This document shows positions 10,501 through 20,248 of a DNA stretch of 64,000 nucleotides, one piece after another (within the stretch, counting starts at the first letter, position 1; every line of letters starts with the position of its first letter). The stretch lies in NCBI GenBank assembly GCA_009859145.1, contig VRVR01000027.1, forward strand, positions 259,060 through 323,059, written 5' to 3'. Source of the DNA: Andalucia godoyi And28 (taxonomy: Eukaryota > Protista > Jakobida). Under the pieces are notes generated by a model. It did not search any database, was not told where the DNA came from, and saw only the letters and a program-made list of their open reading frames with translations. A program made the translations under genes and the position numbers.

Positions 10501-11303
10501 ATAGATTTTCTGGAAAGAAAAAAACGTGGACCGGAAAGAGTGATTCTGAATATCTTGATTTTGGAAATCAGATACCGCCACCGACTTCTTCCAAGATGTG
10601 CGTTGTTGCTGGTTCACATTATTGCCTCACAATCCCATCTTTTGTATCATTTTGTCGACAAGGTCGCGCTTCTCTGACGAAGAAAAACAAAACTTTTCCT
10701 CCCCAGCTCATTTCTCGTCCCACTGGAAATGATTTGGCCATTTTTGAAATCTCGGATGTTGACAAAAGCTTGTTGTTCAACTCGGGCAAATTGACTCCTC
10801 TTCTGATGCCCATCGGGACAGAATTGGAAACTTCTACTATTCGGTGGCCTTTTTCTCAGTTTTTTATCCAAGATCCTCTTTTATCCATTTGTGATTTTCT
10901 CACTCAAGCCAGGCGACTTCAGTGTCGATTTGAGTGTTCAAAATTTGGGCTGTCGAGCGGATGGACTGTTGGTTTTCTGGATTCTGTTGCCCCCGTTGGA
11001 AGTTCTCCTCAAGGGTATAATTTTCCGTCGCTTTTGAAGATCAGAGCAGACGTTTCTGGTTCATGTTGCGGTCGGGTATTGTCAGGACCAGGAGATTGTG
11101 GTGCATTATGGATAGTTACAAGAGTGGTATGTCCAAGCATCGTTTCTCAACAAATATCTGATTATGCGCGGTCTTTAGTGAATGTGATAATTGGGGTTCA
11201 CATTTCTGGAGGAACTGAATTGGATTCTTCTGTATTTGCGCGGGCTCTTCCGTCTGAAATATTTATTTCCCAACTCTTTAACTCCGTTGGCAATCTGCAG
11301 TAA
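7506..11303 (+). CDS. Dynamin-like P-loop GTPase fused to a C-terminal trypsin-fold (NAL1/Ssy5-like) protease with Cys nucleophile
   Basis: G1 GETGAGKS (aa 57-64) with LINALLG, and G3 DMPG (aa 278-281). Protease motifs TLGGFI..VLCGHLF (H954), NDLAIFEI (D1076), CSKFGLSSGWTVG and SGPGDCGALW (C1198, TGT at 11097-11099). Confidence 0.8.
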   Translation: MFQRLFLTYNAFNSIESSLSGIDADIRITPLRQQLSAVRQSLEQSVHGRKAAVAFFGETGAGKSCLINALLGTPLCLPPGAGESGTHVPVIIQKDDMVDKYSVRRIFWDPKELLANLWEAARSAKLVSTKGCDQKLTTTGLSDSSENSTAGNDSQSSDVYEDCLPMAVPPQLPVHDSAILEVAEQIFGKATRFEDDKKKRYREVLHSVKLNRDYLQNPEYFGDPQSVFEYIRDHVERKANTVHSIQTDKEIENFFLRNVVIRGPFPDAMVPDGMVLMDMPGLMDGEWMSQFAVVSELHRSSRAVLVVKNDTPGNHQMIQDLFALIFSLCSSSHNLNLVNNFIIAISHKGCKPPQVSQKYVKGYLENFETQRMKASPDSNSSKPTFVAVNSVMCLIHKKGVSLKQPALLEMWNLEADEFDDILHNGKTTAVAYMADLCDMCQNLFSTNVASNLRDLKKLVSYLRAQSRGDIYSSELFRIDYEKLRLSLARCLLKGQRRLEDYCKETKDRGLLRLVAHVSRFMEDAEDVDETILVLARRIFVGSDARPQIWWFKFVSFASQIAREAYDDCLIAVEKFASHADGLSGVRPDDFLGWHWTLRLELDLLFNGVASRASAQLENSVEILMDSIRTRTGDIILRTNSISAQESDSTEEAAVEEQQVVQFQNFVKSLSENFFSVQKLVNLFDDLPKNPTLWTKRPKSISSTIFDEITNVLECLDSQSTFSGQGLIGDLTAALQQYRERLKQLMFPQKWSAGSEPGIFLAKLLSDPAKCSLALICKKLGVFFAPYMFGHFVDERSCPKNERLENAMIDYFRKSGWDATTVLRDLHSTDDNDCRYTWTWFDFLISIRDQLHVCGFLLDHVEATTEFKFYLKLSSDDVLVAVHDRLLSLWRRRMNGFTCSPPPLCLVKESSSFAFESVEASGMSFCANACVGSTSNTLGGFISAGGRVFGVLCGHLFLDIKDVVRVECCKVPLFPDDVVSPTSQILPLSAVVIDKFELTDRFSGKKKTWTGKSDSEYLDFGNQIPPPTSSKMCVVAGSHYCLTIPSFVSFCRQGRASLTKKNKTFPPQLISRPTGNDLAIFEISDVDKSLLFNSGKLTPLLMPIGTELETSTIRWPFSQFFIQDPLLSICDFLTQARRLQCRFECSKFGLSSGWTVGFLDSVAPVGSSPQGYNFPSLLKIRADVSGSCCGRVLSGPGDCGALWIVTRVVCPSIVSQQISDYARSLVNVIIGVHISGGTELDSSVFARALPSEIFISQLFNSVGNLQ

Positions 11304-11824
11304 TTCATAGGACATGTATTGGACAGCTTCTATTTTCAACAGTCGTGATTTCAGTGGTTCTGGTAATTACCTTCACTTTGCTGTTGCCGGTTTGAATGAA
11401 CCATTTCAGAGATAGAGTATTGTGTGTCTTGTCACTTTGAATTGATAAAATAACTTGTGGCTCACGTACATTGTTCTTGTGATATAATTAATTCAACCCG
11501 GAGACATCAGCTTTACTATTAACAGCATTCCCAAGTTTTCTGAGTCAGCAACTTCAAATCCGTTTATTTCACTGCTGAGGGGTTTCCAATTGCACGTATG
11601 TGGATCTGCGATTTGTGTCGAACCCTCTTGAATCGTTTTCATAGAAATTGCCCTTGATGGAGCCGAACTTTGTGGCACCCAGGCTTGCCACAGCATAACA
11701 GAATATTATGGATGTCTTTGAAACATCAGAAATTTGGCACGGGAAAGGATCATATCTCTCGTCGGGAGGACCGCAAAATTGGAGGGGTTGTTGAAAAATC
11801 ACTCATGCAGTCATGCGGCAGGTG

Positions 11825-13993
11825 CACCAAAACATCGCGGATTACAAGCGGTCCATTTTATGGTGTAAGAGATCCATTTTGAATTGTCAGCTTTACCCTA
11901 AAACAGCAACCGAATAAGCAGAGAAACATGGCCGACAAAGAATGCGATCCATTTAAAGTATGAAAAGCCGCGACCCAACAGACGCAAGAATCCCTGTCCA
12001 ACATTCCGATTCCGGAAGTTCCCCAGGAAGTGCTGCAGCGAGTCCGTCAAGGGACCTAACCCCAAGCACCAGCCAAGGTAACAACAACGCAAGTACCCCG
12101 GCAGTCAAGTCACCCGCGATACGGAGAACAAATGTGAATGCAGCCAGGCTCTTGCAGCAACCGAGTGAGGCTGTACAACTCGTTGTCTCCACCGATGTTG
12201 GAGAGCAGAACATGCCCCAGCTGCCCGAAGACCACTTTCCAGAGCTCAGCCATACCACCCTGACGGATTTCATGTCGAAATCGCAGAGGTTGCGTCTTCA
12301 GGAGCAAGAAAAAAGAGATAAGGAAGCGACTGCAAAAGCAGAGCTGGCAAACAAAGCCAGAGAGGCCACCATCCAAGCAGGGGTTCGTCAATTCTTAATG
12401 ACAGTGGCCGTTGACACCAGCGTGGAACAGAAAAAACAGGAAGACCAGGAGTCGCACGAAGGTGAAGAAGAGAAAGCGACACAGCATCGACAACCAAAGG
12501 ACACCATCTGCCGGAGAGACAAGGAGATTGTCTGGAACAGCATACGCAACGATACATCCACATTGCACGATCTGGCCGTCGTTTTGAATCACAAAGAAGA
12601 GACTCTGTACCAGACATTTCACCGGATGCAAAAGCGGGCGAGATGGGGAGAAGATCCGCTTCAGCCACTCGCGCACGGAGCGATGAATCCCCAAGTGCCG
12701 ACGACCTCGACTATTTTTTGATGACCAGCTTCTTTGGGCAGCGCGGCACTGGTCATCGACAACACTCTCCACTACAAAGACCTGGTGGGAATGATGCAGA
12801 AGCAGTTTCCAAAACTGGAACAGCACGATCGGGAAAACGGGGCTGCAGTGCTACAGCACTGGATGCATTTACATTTGGGATTCTGAGCAACTGATTTCTA
12901 TCCAGCCTCCCTAAGCAGAAATTTGCCGAGGATCATCGAAGCAAGGTACCAGTACGCAAAGATGATGTCGACTGTGAAACGTGCGGAGTACGACAATGCA
13001 ATCTTCATCGACGAGACACCGTTCAATGTTTGCGTGTTCCCAAGCGAAGGCCTGAGTGTGAAAGGATGCAGACCGCTGGTGCCGAATGGAAGCTCGACCT
13101 TCCGAACGTTTCTGCAATCGAGGCGTGAACAAAGAGAGGATCGCGTATTTTGGGTGCTACCTCGGCAGCGTCAAAGCGCAAACATACGCTGATTTTCTCA
13201 AACATCTCTTCGCCGAGTTGCAGAAGACTGGAGGAATTCCCAAGGAAGGGGATCCAAAACAGCTCATTGTCCAGGACAACTGTGCTATCCACAAAGCAAA
13301 AATCTGAAATCCCAGAAGGCATTGAAATGTGCTTTTTGCCCCCGTACTCGCCGTTTCTCGATCCGTGTGAGGAAGTCTTCAGCATGTGGAAATGGTATTT
13401 CACACAGATTGTGATGAACACTCTTCCGCATTCAAAGGAGAATCTTGTCGACTTGATATGCAAGGCCTACCGCCAAGTCACTTCTTCTGGAATCAAAGGT
13501 GCCTGGAATCATACTCTGTCGTCCTTCATAGATTCCTTGGACCGTCTGCCGGTATCAACGCAGCGGCTTCTTGACCACGTTCACACAGGAGACGAGAAGG
13601 AAGCTGCGGCGATTCGCAAATTCAAAGAATGGGGGTTGGAGTACACCCCGGCAAGAACGGACGCATCGATAGGACTCAGCGAAGAACACGAAGAGACTGT
13701 TGAAGAATCAGACACTGGAGAGCCACAGCCAGCAGGCGCCACCATCCATGCTGTTCAACAACATCTGGGAGAAGGACAAGATGATGATGATGACTAGGAA
13801 ATTCGAAGTGAGCGCTCCGTCTGACTTTCCTCGTAAAACATCAAAACAGCGGTGCACCGTGCAGCTGAGCGAAATAAAGAAGAACGCGGGAAAAAAAGAA
13901 GGAATTTTGGATCTTTGGCGTCAAGCCTTACAATTCAAAATGGATACCTGACTGTAAAAATGGATCGCTTACACAATCCGTGATGTTTAGGTG
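11825..13993 (+). mobile_element. Tc1/IS630-like transposon, copy 2 (inner end abuts TG, not TA)
   Basis: Mirror of 5069-7237. TA at 13994-13995, but 11823-11824 is TG. Confidence 0.88.
11960..13797 (+). pseudogene. DDE transposase pseudogene, copy 2
   Basis: Same lesions as copy 1: TGATGA at 12719-12724, a further in-frame TGA (LHLGF*ATDF), and frameshifts near RPLV, NVSAI and HKAK. Confidence 0.88.
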
Positions 13994-14231
13994 TAAGTGG
14001 TGGTTGCAGCAATTCACCGGGCTTGGGAGGTGCCATTGATCGGGAGACAGCTGCGTCATTTGATTCTAGATTCGAACGTCAAAGATCAGTCGGCAAACGG
14101 CGACGCCTGGAAACTCTTCATGCAACGTGCAAAAGAACTGTTGCGCTGTCGCATTTCGCACTTTTTTGACAAGGAAATTTATCGGTCTGGGTAATTAAGA
14201 TCTATCTATCTTTTCTTGTTTTTACAATCAA

Positions 14232-15791
14232 ATGCAAAACTCCATTCAATCTTTAGTTGACGGCAACAGTTATTTTGAGGCACTTGACAAAGCATTGCAA
14301 AGTTGTCGAAAATGCTTTATCATTATTGGCTTGTCTTTGGATCCGTTAACTCAATTGAAAGAAGGCAGAGCGCTTCATCAGGCGTTGAACGATGTTATGG
14401 AGCGAGACAAAGATTCATGTGGGTTTATCGTTTGTTGGAAAATCAAAGCAGATGCCGAGGAATGGAAGCTTCTATGTTCTACGCATAGATCACGGTTATT
14501 TGTGAAAGAAATGAGTAGATTGTTTAGTCTAAGTGAAAGTGTCATCTGGAGCCGGCATGAGAAAATTGTCGTCGTGGACAATCGAACTGTATTCTTTGGT
14601 GGTCTCGATATTTTACCAGATAGGTATGATACACAACTCCATGGAACGGTCCCATTTCCGCGCGGGGTATATAACAAGCTATTTCCACGATGGGCTCACG
14701 ACACCCGACTGCCTTGGCATGACTTGAATGTTTCATTTGAAGGAACAGGCTCTGAGATTTGTTCCCATGCCTACCATCGCCTTACACACGCATTCGGGAA
14801 GAACAAATATGCTGTACAGGTTCTGAGGAATATGAGAGAAAATCACTTTTCGAAATGCTCGCGGGATTCCAAGGTTCGGTTCTTCATGAATCCGTTCCGG
14901 AAGGATTTTGAAACTCCTCATCCAATTGCAGCGGAGTACATTCATCTCATTCATACAGCGAAAGAATTGATATATGTAGAAAATCAGTATTTTTCCAGTC
15001 TTCACATCCATGAGGAAGGAGAAGTAATTCGAGATACGCCAATGTCCGCGTTGGCGGATCGTCTAGTTCGAGCAGTAGAAAACAACGAATCATTTAGAGT
15101 TGTGATCCTTTTACCGGCCTTTCCCGATGCCGAAATCTGTCCTTTGTCGTTGGGTTCTCCGTTACATGCTGCTACTCGCACTTCTATTGATGCCTTCATT
15201 GAGCACGTGAGCTCGCGCGTGAATGAGGATAAGCGAGATGATGTGGTAGATTTCATCGCATTTTCGGCGTTAATGAATTACTCCTTGAAAAGCCAATCAA
15301 CTCAAGAGAGTGGATATCTTGTCGAATCGTGTAGCATGATTTATGTGCACTCGAAACTTATGATTGTTGACAAGCAAATTGCGGTCATTGGTTCAGCCAA
15401 TTTCAACGATCGAAGCTTTGAGCAAGATCAAGAATTGATTGCAACCATACATGACGAGAAATTTGCTACCGATCTTTTTCATGATTTGTGGACGGAGCAT
15501 CTCGGTCCAAACATCGATACAACAGTATCCTCCGTGGATCTTTTCACATTATGGCGAACGAAGGCCAACAACCTAGGTCGAATGATTCAGAAGTACATGC
15601 TGCCTGTCCCCAACAACAGCTTCAAGGAAAGGAAGGATTGGAAGTTTCATATGTATCAGATTCGTGAAAAACGGAGGTACATATGTGAATTACCTGATGA
15701 TATTCAGAATTGTCGAGTGTATGAGTACCCTCGATCCGCGCTCTCTGGTGATTTACTCGATTCAGACACGAAAAAGAAAGAATTATACTGA
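14232..15791 (+). CDS. Phospholipase D, copy 2
   Basis: Translation identical to 3271-4830. Confidence 0.92.
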   Translation: MQNSIQSLVDGNSYFEALDKALQSCRKCFIIIGLSLDPLTQLKEGRALHQALNDVMERDKDSCGFIVCWKIKADAEEWKLLCSTHRSRLFVKEMSRLFSLSESVIWSRHEKIVVVDNRTVFFGGLDILPDRYDTQLHGTVPFPRGVYNKLFPRWAHDTRLPWHDLNVSFEGTGSEICSHAYHRLTHAFGKNKYAVQVLRNMRENHFSKCSRDSKVRFFMNPFRKDFETPHPIAAEYIHLIHTAKELIYVENQYFSSLHIHEEGEVIRDTPMSALADRLVRAVENNESFRVVILLPAFPDAEICPLSLGSPLHAATRTSIDAFIEHVSSRVNEDKRDDVVDFIAFSALMNYSLKSQSTQESGYLVESCSMIYVHSKLMIVDKQIAVIGSANFNDRSFEQDQELIATIHDEKFATDLFHDLWTEHLGPNIDTTVSSVDLFTLWRTKANNLGRMIQKYMLPVPNNSFKERKDWKFHMYQIREKRRYICELPDDIQNCRVYEYPRSALSGDLLDSDTKKKELY

Positions 15792-15922
15792 TAATTGAAG
15801 GAAATCGATGAAACACATGTGTCCATATCGCCAGAATCCGTCAGAGCGCTCGCTAAAGAATGCAGGAAAATGAAGCGATAGAGAAAGATGTGTGTGTAGG
15901 TGCGAAGCGCCATCTCATGTGT

Positions 15923-18907
15923 CTACACAGACTCAGAAAAGGCTTTCCTGTATCGTTCAAAAAGCTTTGTTTGCTCGTTTGTAAAATAAAACCCAGCAGT
16001 TTTCAGAGTCCTCGTCGCAATAAACTTTTCGCGATCCGACCATTTAGCATGGTTGAAGACTTCAGACAGAACATTGCGTCCATTTTTCCTCATTTCCTTG
16101 ATACTGTCACGGAAACATTGCATGTCTGAAGCAAGCATTTCGAATCCTCTAGTGTCTACTCGAGAAAGCACCTGATCCACAGTGAGGTCCCACGGGATTT
16201 TCGGCTTTTTTTCATCGTCAAAGGTCAACCACAAAAGATCGTTGAGATCACTGTGTTTTTCAATCAATCTTGCGAACCCGAAATCTTGAATGGCAATATC
16301 GACCAATTCCAACTTATCCTTTCGCACCCACGAAGACCGCATAATGACCCATATAACGACATTCAAAATATCGAGATGACGATCCAAATTGCCTTTTCCA
16401 AACTGATACATGACGTCCCAAGCGTTTTTACAGTCCTCGAGAGACTGCAATGTCTGCATGTTGTTAGATAGCTGTTGAATTGTAGACTGCACAACGTTTT
16501 GGTATAACGTTTGACGAGGTGTGATTGTCAAATGAGGCACGTAATCAACTTGAAAACAACGTTTCCACAGGTCATGGAACATCGCACGCAAATCCTTGTC
16601 ATTATAGTCTTCAGCACAGTCAAACGTAATGCTGAGATGGTCTCCATTTTCTGACAGATCGAAAAGAAATCCAAAGAGAACATATCCATTGTCCGATACA
16701 CATCGCGACACCCATTTTCCATATTCTGTGATCGAATACGATGAAAGACCAATAACACAGCCAAGTTCACGGTTAGTCAGGTCGAGAAAACACTTTTTAG
16801 AAATCTCCGGGAAGTTGCTCCATGTTGACTGATATGACTTCTCGATATCTTCTTCATACAAACACTTCAGGCCTCGTCCTTTGAGCAATGATAATGTTCT
16901 TGATCGAAATACAGACAATACTGGAATAGACAGAGGAAATCCGGTCACCTTCTTCGACAAAAAATCAAACAAGAACTGGAGAATGATACTGCGATATTCC
17001 AGTAGTTGCACTTTTTCGATGAGTTGTGACAATGTCAAAGTGTCATCTTCATATATACTCTCAAACAAAGCGAAAAGGTTTTCGTCTTCTGAGAAAGTAC
17101 TTAAAACCATTCCGTTTTTCCGAATCTGCAGTTTGTATGAAGTACCGCCTACAAAAGCATGTGCAACAACCGACATAGAAGGCTGCAACAAGCCGTAAAG
17201 AACATCTTTGATGCTACTGAAGCTCGGAATGTGGTATTTCCAAAAGATGGAGAGATGTAAAATATCATTCCAGGCGTCCCAAATGACGATGCTGTCATCA
17301 AAAGTAATCTTCAGGGACTTTTGCTGCACATCAACATCTAATGATTTGATCGACGGGAAAAGTTGATGGGTCGCGTTGGCGTTATGAGGACTGTTTGGAT
17401 CACATAAATGATGAAGGAACATATCCTTTGAGTCAAAAATCAGATCTTGAACCGGTATTAACGCATGGTCGAAAAGCCACACACCCAAGCGCTTCCAGAT
17501 CAAAGAACTGGATATATCCACATGCTTTGAACGCAATTTGTAAGTCAAAGTAAGGCAATCTTGAACTTCTTGCCGCAAAGGATCCGTCGAAATAAGCCAT
17601 AGATGTTGAGCGGAAAACAGGAAGACACCTAGAAAAGGGCGAAAAGATTTCGATATCAAAAGAGTATCATGTTGATAAACCTGCTTGAAGCACTGAAAGC
17701 AACAAAACAAAGAAAACAGGAAATCTTCGTAATTTCCAGACGACAAGCCGCTTTCAAAGGATGCTCTGCAGAAATGAAAGCTAGCAGTCCAGAATTCCGA
17801 CATGGATGTTTGATTCAACCTCAGTGACTGCAGAGTGGAAGAAGAGTTCTCTCGCTCAATAAACCATGAAGGCGAAGGATTGAAGGGTGTGGGTTTCTCC
17901 ATGAGATCTTCATCATTTTGCTTTTGCTTTTTTGATGTTTTTCGAGGAGAAAGGGGACCTGAAGATGAATGAGAGAGAATGACGACTTCTTTGTCACTTG
18001 GTGTCCAGGAGAACCCCAGGTCATGTTGCACTTGAGCGTTAAACAAAAGTATCCGCATTTTCTCGCGCAATTCCGGTCTGCAATGACTCCAGGAACTTCG
18101 AAGATCCACGAGTTCCATACATCTTCTAAGATTGGATTCGAAATCTTTCTTCGAACGACGGATTAAAGCGCTGTAAAATAGCATTTTGGCAAGAACCCAT
18201 CTGCGAGCATATTCTGTGTCCCCGGATGATTCTACCTGGCAGAACTGAGAAGCCATCTTCAAAAGATTTTGACAATCTTGAAGAACAGGTGCATTCTTTG
18301 CCCGGGTGATAACATAGTTTGCAAAACACAGTGCGCATTGGATAATGTCGTTGGGCATATCATTAGCAAGTTGCTCGTCATTGATTATCACTTCAAAGAA
18401 AGGACGGTAACCCTGAAGGATGCTCATAGAACAATTATTCATCTCGATCACCCGAAACATACACTCGCAAGTAAGAACAATAAATGAACACATTTGCGTG
18501 CGAAGAAGTCCAAGGTCTTTCGACATCGACATACAAAATTGTGAGGTCGCTGTCTGATCTTGTGAAATCAATGCCAACCATACCGACCATAATTTGGAAG
18601 CGGATTTAAAGTTTCCCTGAGGCCTACGACCGCCAAGGCACTGATCACAAAATGTATCAAGTTTCAGGTAACGTTGGATTTTCCGAAAACCATCATCACC
18701 TTGAGTGACGAGCGCGGAAATACGGCTCTTCCAAAAAGCATCCACATAAATCCGAAATGAAAGGGGATCGTGTTTTCGATGACTGAATAAAATCCAGGAT
18801 ATGGTTTCTTCGAGAAGATCTAGAATTTTTGTCACATCAAAGTTCAACTTGTCAATTTTCGAATCTTCGAAGGAACAAATCCATGAGCTGATCAAGGAGA
18901 ATTTCAT
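15923..18907 (-). CDS. Orphan ~995-1008 aa protein, copy 2 (ORF open from 18949)
   Basis: Translation identical to copy 1. Confidence 0.8.
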   Translation of the reverse strand: MKFSLISSWICSFEDSKIDKLNFDVTKILDLLEETISWILFSHRKHDPLSFRIYVDAFWKSRISALVTQGDDGFRKIQRYLKLDTFCDQCLGGRRPQGNFKSASKLWSVWLALISQDQTATSQFCMSMSKDLGLLRTQMCSFIVLTCECMFRVIEMNNCSMSILQGYRPFFEVIINDEQLANDMPNDIIQCALCFANYVITRAKNAPVLQDCQNLLKMASQFCQVESSGDTEYARRWVLAKMLFYSALIRRSKKDFESNLRRCMELVDLRSSWSHCRPELREKMRILLFNAQVQHDLGFSWTPSDKEVVILSHSSSGPLSPRKTSKKQKQNDEDLMEKPTPFNPSPSWFIERENSSSTLQSLRLNQTSMSEFWTASFHFCRASFESGLSSGNYEDFLFSLFCCFQCFKQVYQHDTLLISKSFRPFLGVFLFSAQHLWLISTDPLRQEVQDCLTLTYKLRSKHVDISSSLIWKRLGVWLFDHALIPVQDLIFDSKDMFLHHLCDPNSPHNANATHQLFPSIKSLDVDVQQKSLKITFDDSIVIWDAWNDILHLSIFWKYHIPSFSSIKDVLYGLLQPSMSVVAHAFVGGTSYKLQIRKNGMVLSTFSEDENLFALFESIYEDDTLTLSQLIEKVQLLEYRSIILQFLFDFLSKKVTGFPLSIPVLSVFRSRTLSLLKGRGLKCLYEEDIEKSYQSTWSNFPEISKKCFLDLTNRELGCVIGLSSYSITEYGKWVSRCVSDNGYVLFGFLFDLSENGDHLSITFDCAEDYNDKDLRAMFHDLWKRCFQVDYVPHLTITPRQTLYQNVVQSTIQQLSNNMQTLQSLEDCKNAWDVMYQFGKGNLDRHLDILNVVIWVIMRSSWVRKDKLELVDIAIQDFGFARLIEKHSDLNDLLWLTFDDEKKPKIPWDLTVDQVLSRVDTRGFEMLASDMQCFRDSIKEMRKNGRNVLSEVFNHAKWSDREKFIATRTLKTAGFYFTNEQTKLFERYRKAFSESV

Positions 18908-19244
18908 GATAACAACGATAGGTCCGCAAACAAGAAAAAAGCGAAACAATGACCAAACTCAAAGAGGACAGTTACGTGATTTTCAAATTGTAGGTTTCGA
19001 GGTAGAGCGAAGAATTCTGGTGTTTTCATGCTCCCCACGGCCCAGCCACGTAGTCACGTGAGACTGTCGTTGCAAAAATCGGTTTTTCCCCGCCTTTTTT
19101 TTGAGGAGTGCACAGCATCCAGCATCAACTATTGATTTTATACAGTGCAGCGACCGAAATTCACCAAAACAACAATTTCCAGAAGTTGATTGCTGCCTCA
19201 GCTTTGTTTTTCTGTTCAACATCTTCTTCTTTTTCTCACGGCAA

Positions 19245-19979
19245 ATGAACGCTAGTGGGTCCGCGAGTTTTTCGCTAAACCAATTAGAATTGGTTTTGAC
19301 TCAGTTGCTTTCGCAACTCAAAGAAAGGGAGGCATCTCTGAGAAACAAGTTATGTTCCAGGTCTCGGACCGGAGGACTGCACAGTCGCGTAGTCGCAAGT
19401 CGTTGTGCGGCCTAACGAGGACGATGCCACGAACAATGATGCACCCGCGGAGACAGGAGCTTCTCGTTCTGCAACTGCCGCTGAACAGTTATCTCCACCT
19501 GCAACAAATTCTCAAAGCCATCCGCAGTCCAATATGACAAGCGCTGGACTTCGGGGTGGCCAGCAACATGTTATCCATTCCTCTTGGCGCACGACTATTT
19601 TTAATTTGTTTCCTAACGAACCCTCCAAGTCTCTTCGACTCACCAGTGAATTGGATTCTTTTGCAAGTATTTGCAAGGCATAACAGAAGTTCTGCTGAAG
19701 AAACGGTCTCGTCCTTCAGGGATGAAGAAACTGACATATGACACCGATGACGAGCTGGACAGAGACTGCAACACCTGTAATGCTCTCTACAATGCATATC
19801 ATCACTCGAGAGACCTGCAAGACTTCGCGAAACGGATTGGGACTGTACGTGATGAGCGCAAAACTCGACGTTCTACAGATAGCGGTAACCGATTCTCGGC
19901 TGATATAAAGCCTCGCCGTGTCTTCGAGCAGCTTGAAGTGTTTGTTGTGTGTTTCCATGAAATGGCCGCATGGCAGTGA
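19245..19979 (+). pseudogene. Possible frameshifted small gene (three consecutive overlapping ORFs)
   Basis: Protein-like segments MNASGSASFSLNQLEL..., PNEDDATNNDAPAETG... and EVLLKKRSRPSG...DCNTCNALY... follow one another in different frames. Confidence 0.25.
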
Positions 19980-20248
19980 TATGCTCTGCGGTGGTTTGAT
20001 TGTTTTGATACTTCTTTTGCTGCCTCTCTATTAAAAATGCTCGATTGTCCGTTTGTTTCCAGAAACTTCTGTCTCGAATCATGGTCAACGACATGGGAAT
20101 CGAATAGCTGAATTTTGTGTAAAGAACTGTCATTGCTTCAGTGTGCAACATCTGATCAATAATAATGAGCGTGTTTCATACGGTTTTTCTTGTTCAGATC
20201 GTTCACTTCTGTAGGTACTGGCAATGACACTCACAGGTAATCAGGAAT

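Larger units (their letters stand above)
11825..19061. repeat. Right arm of the large inverted repeat
   Basis: Reverse complement of 1-7237. Confidence 0.97.
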
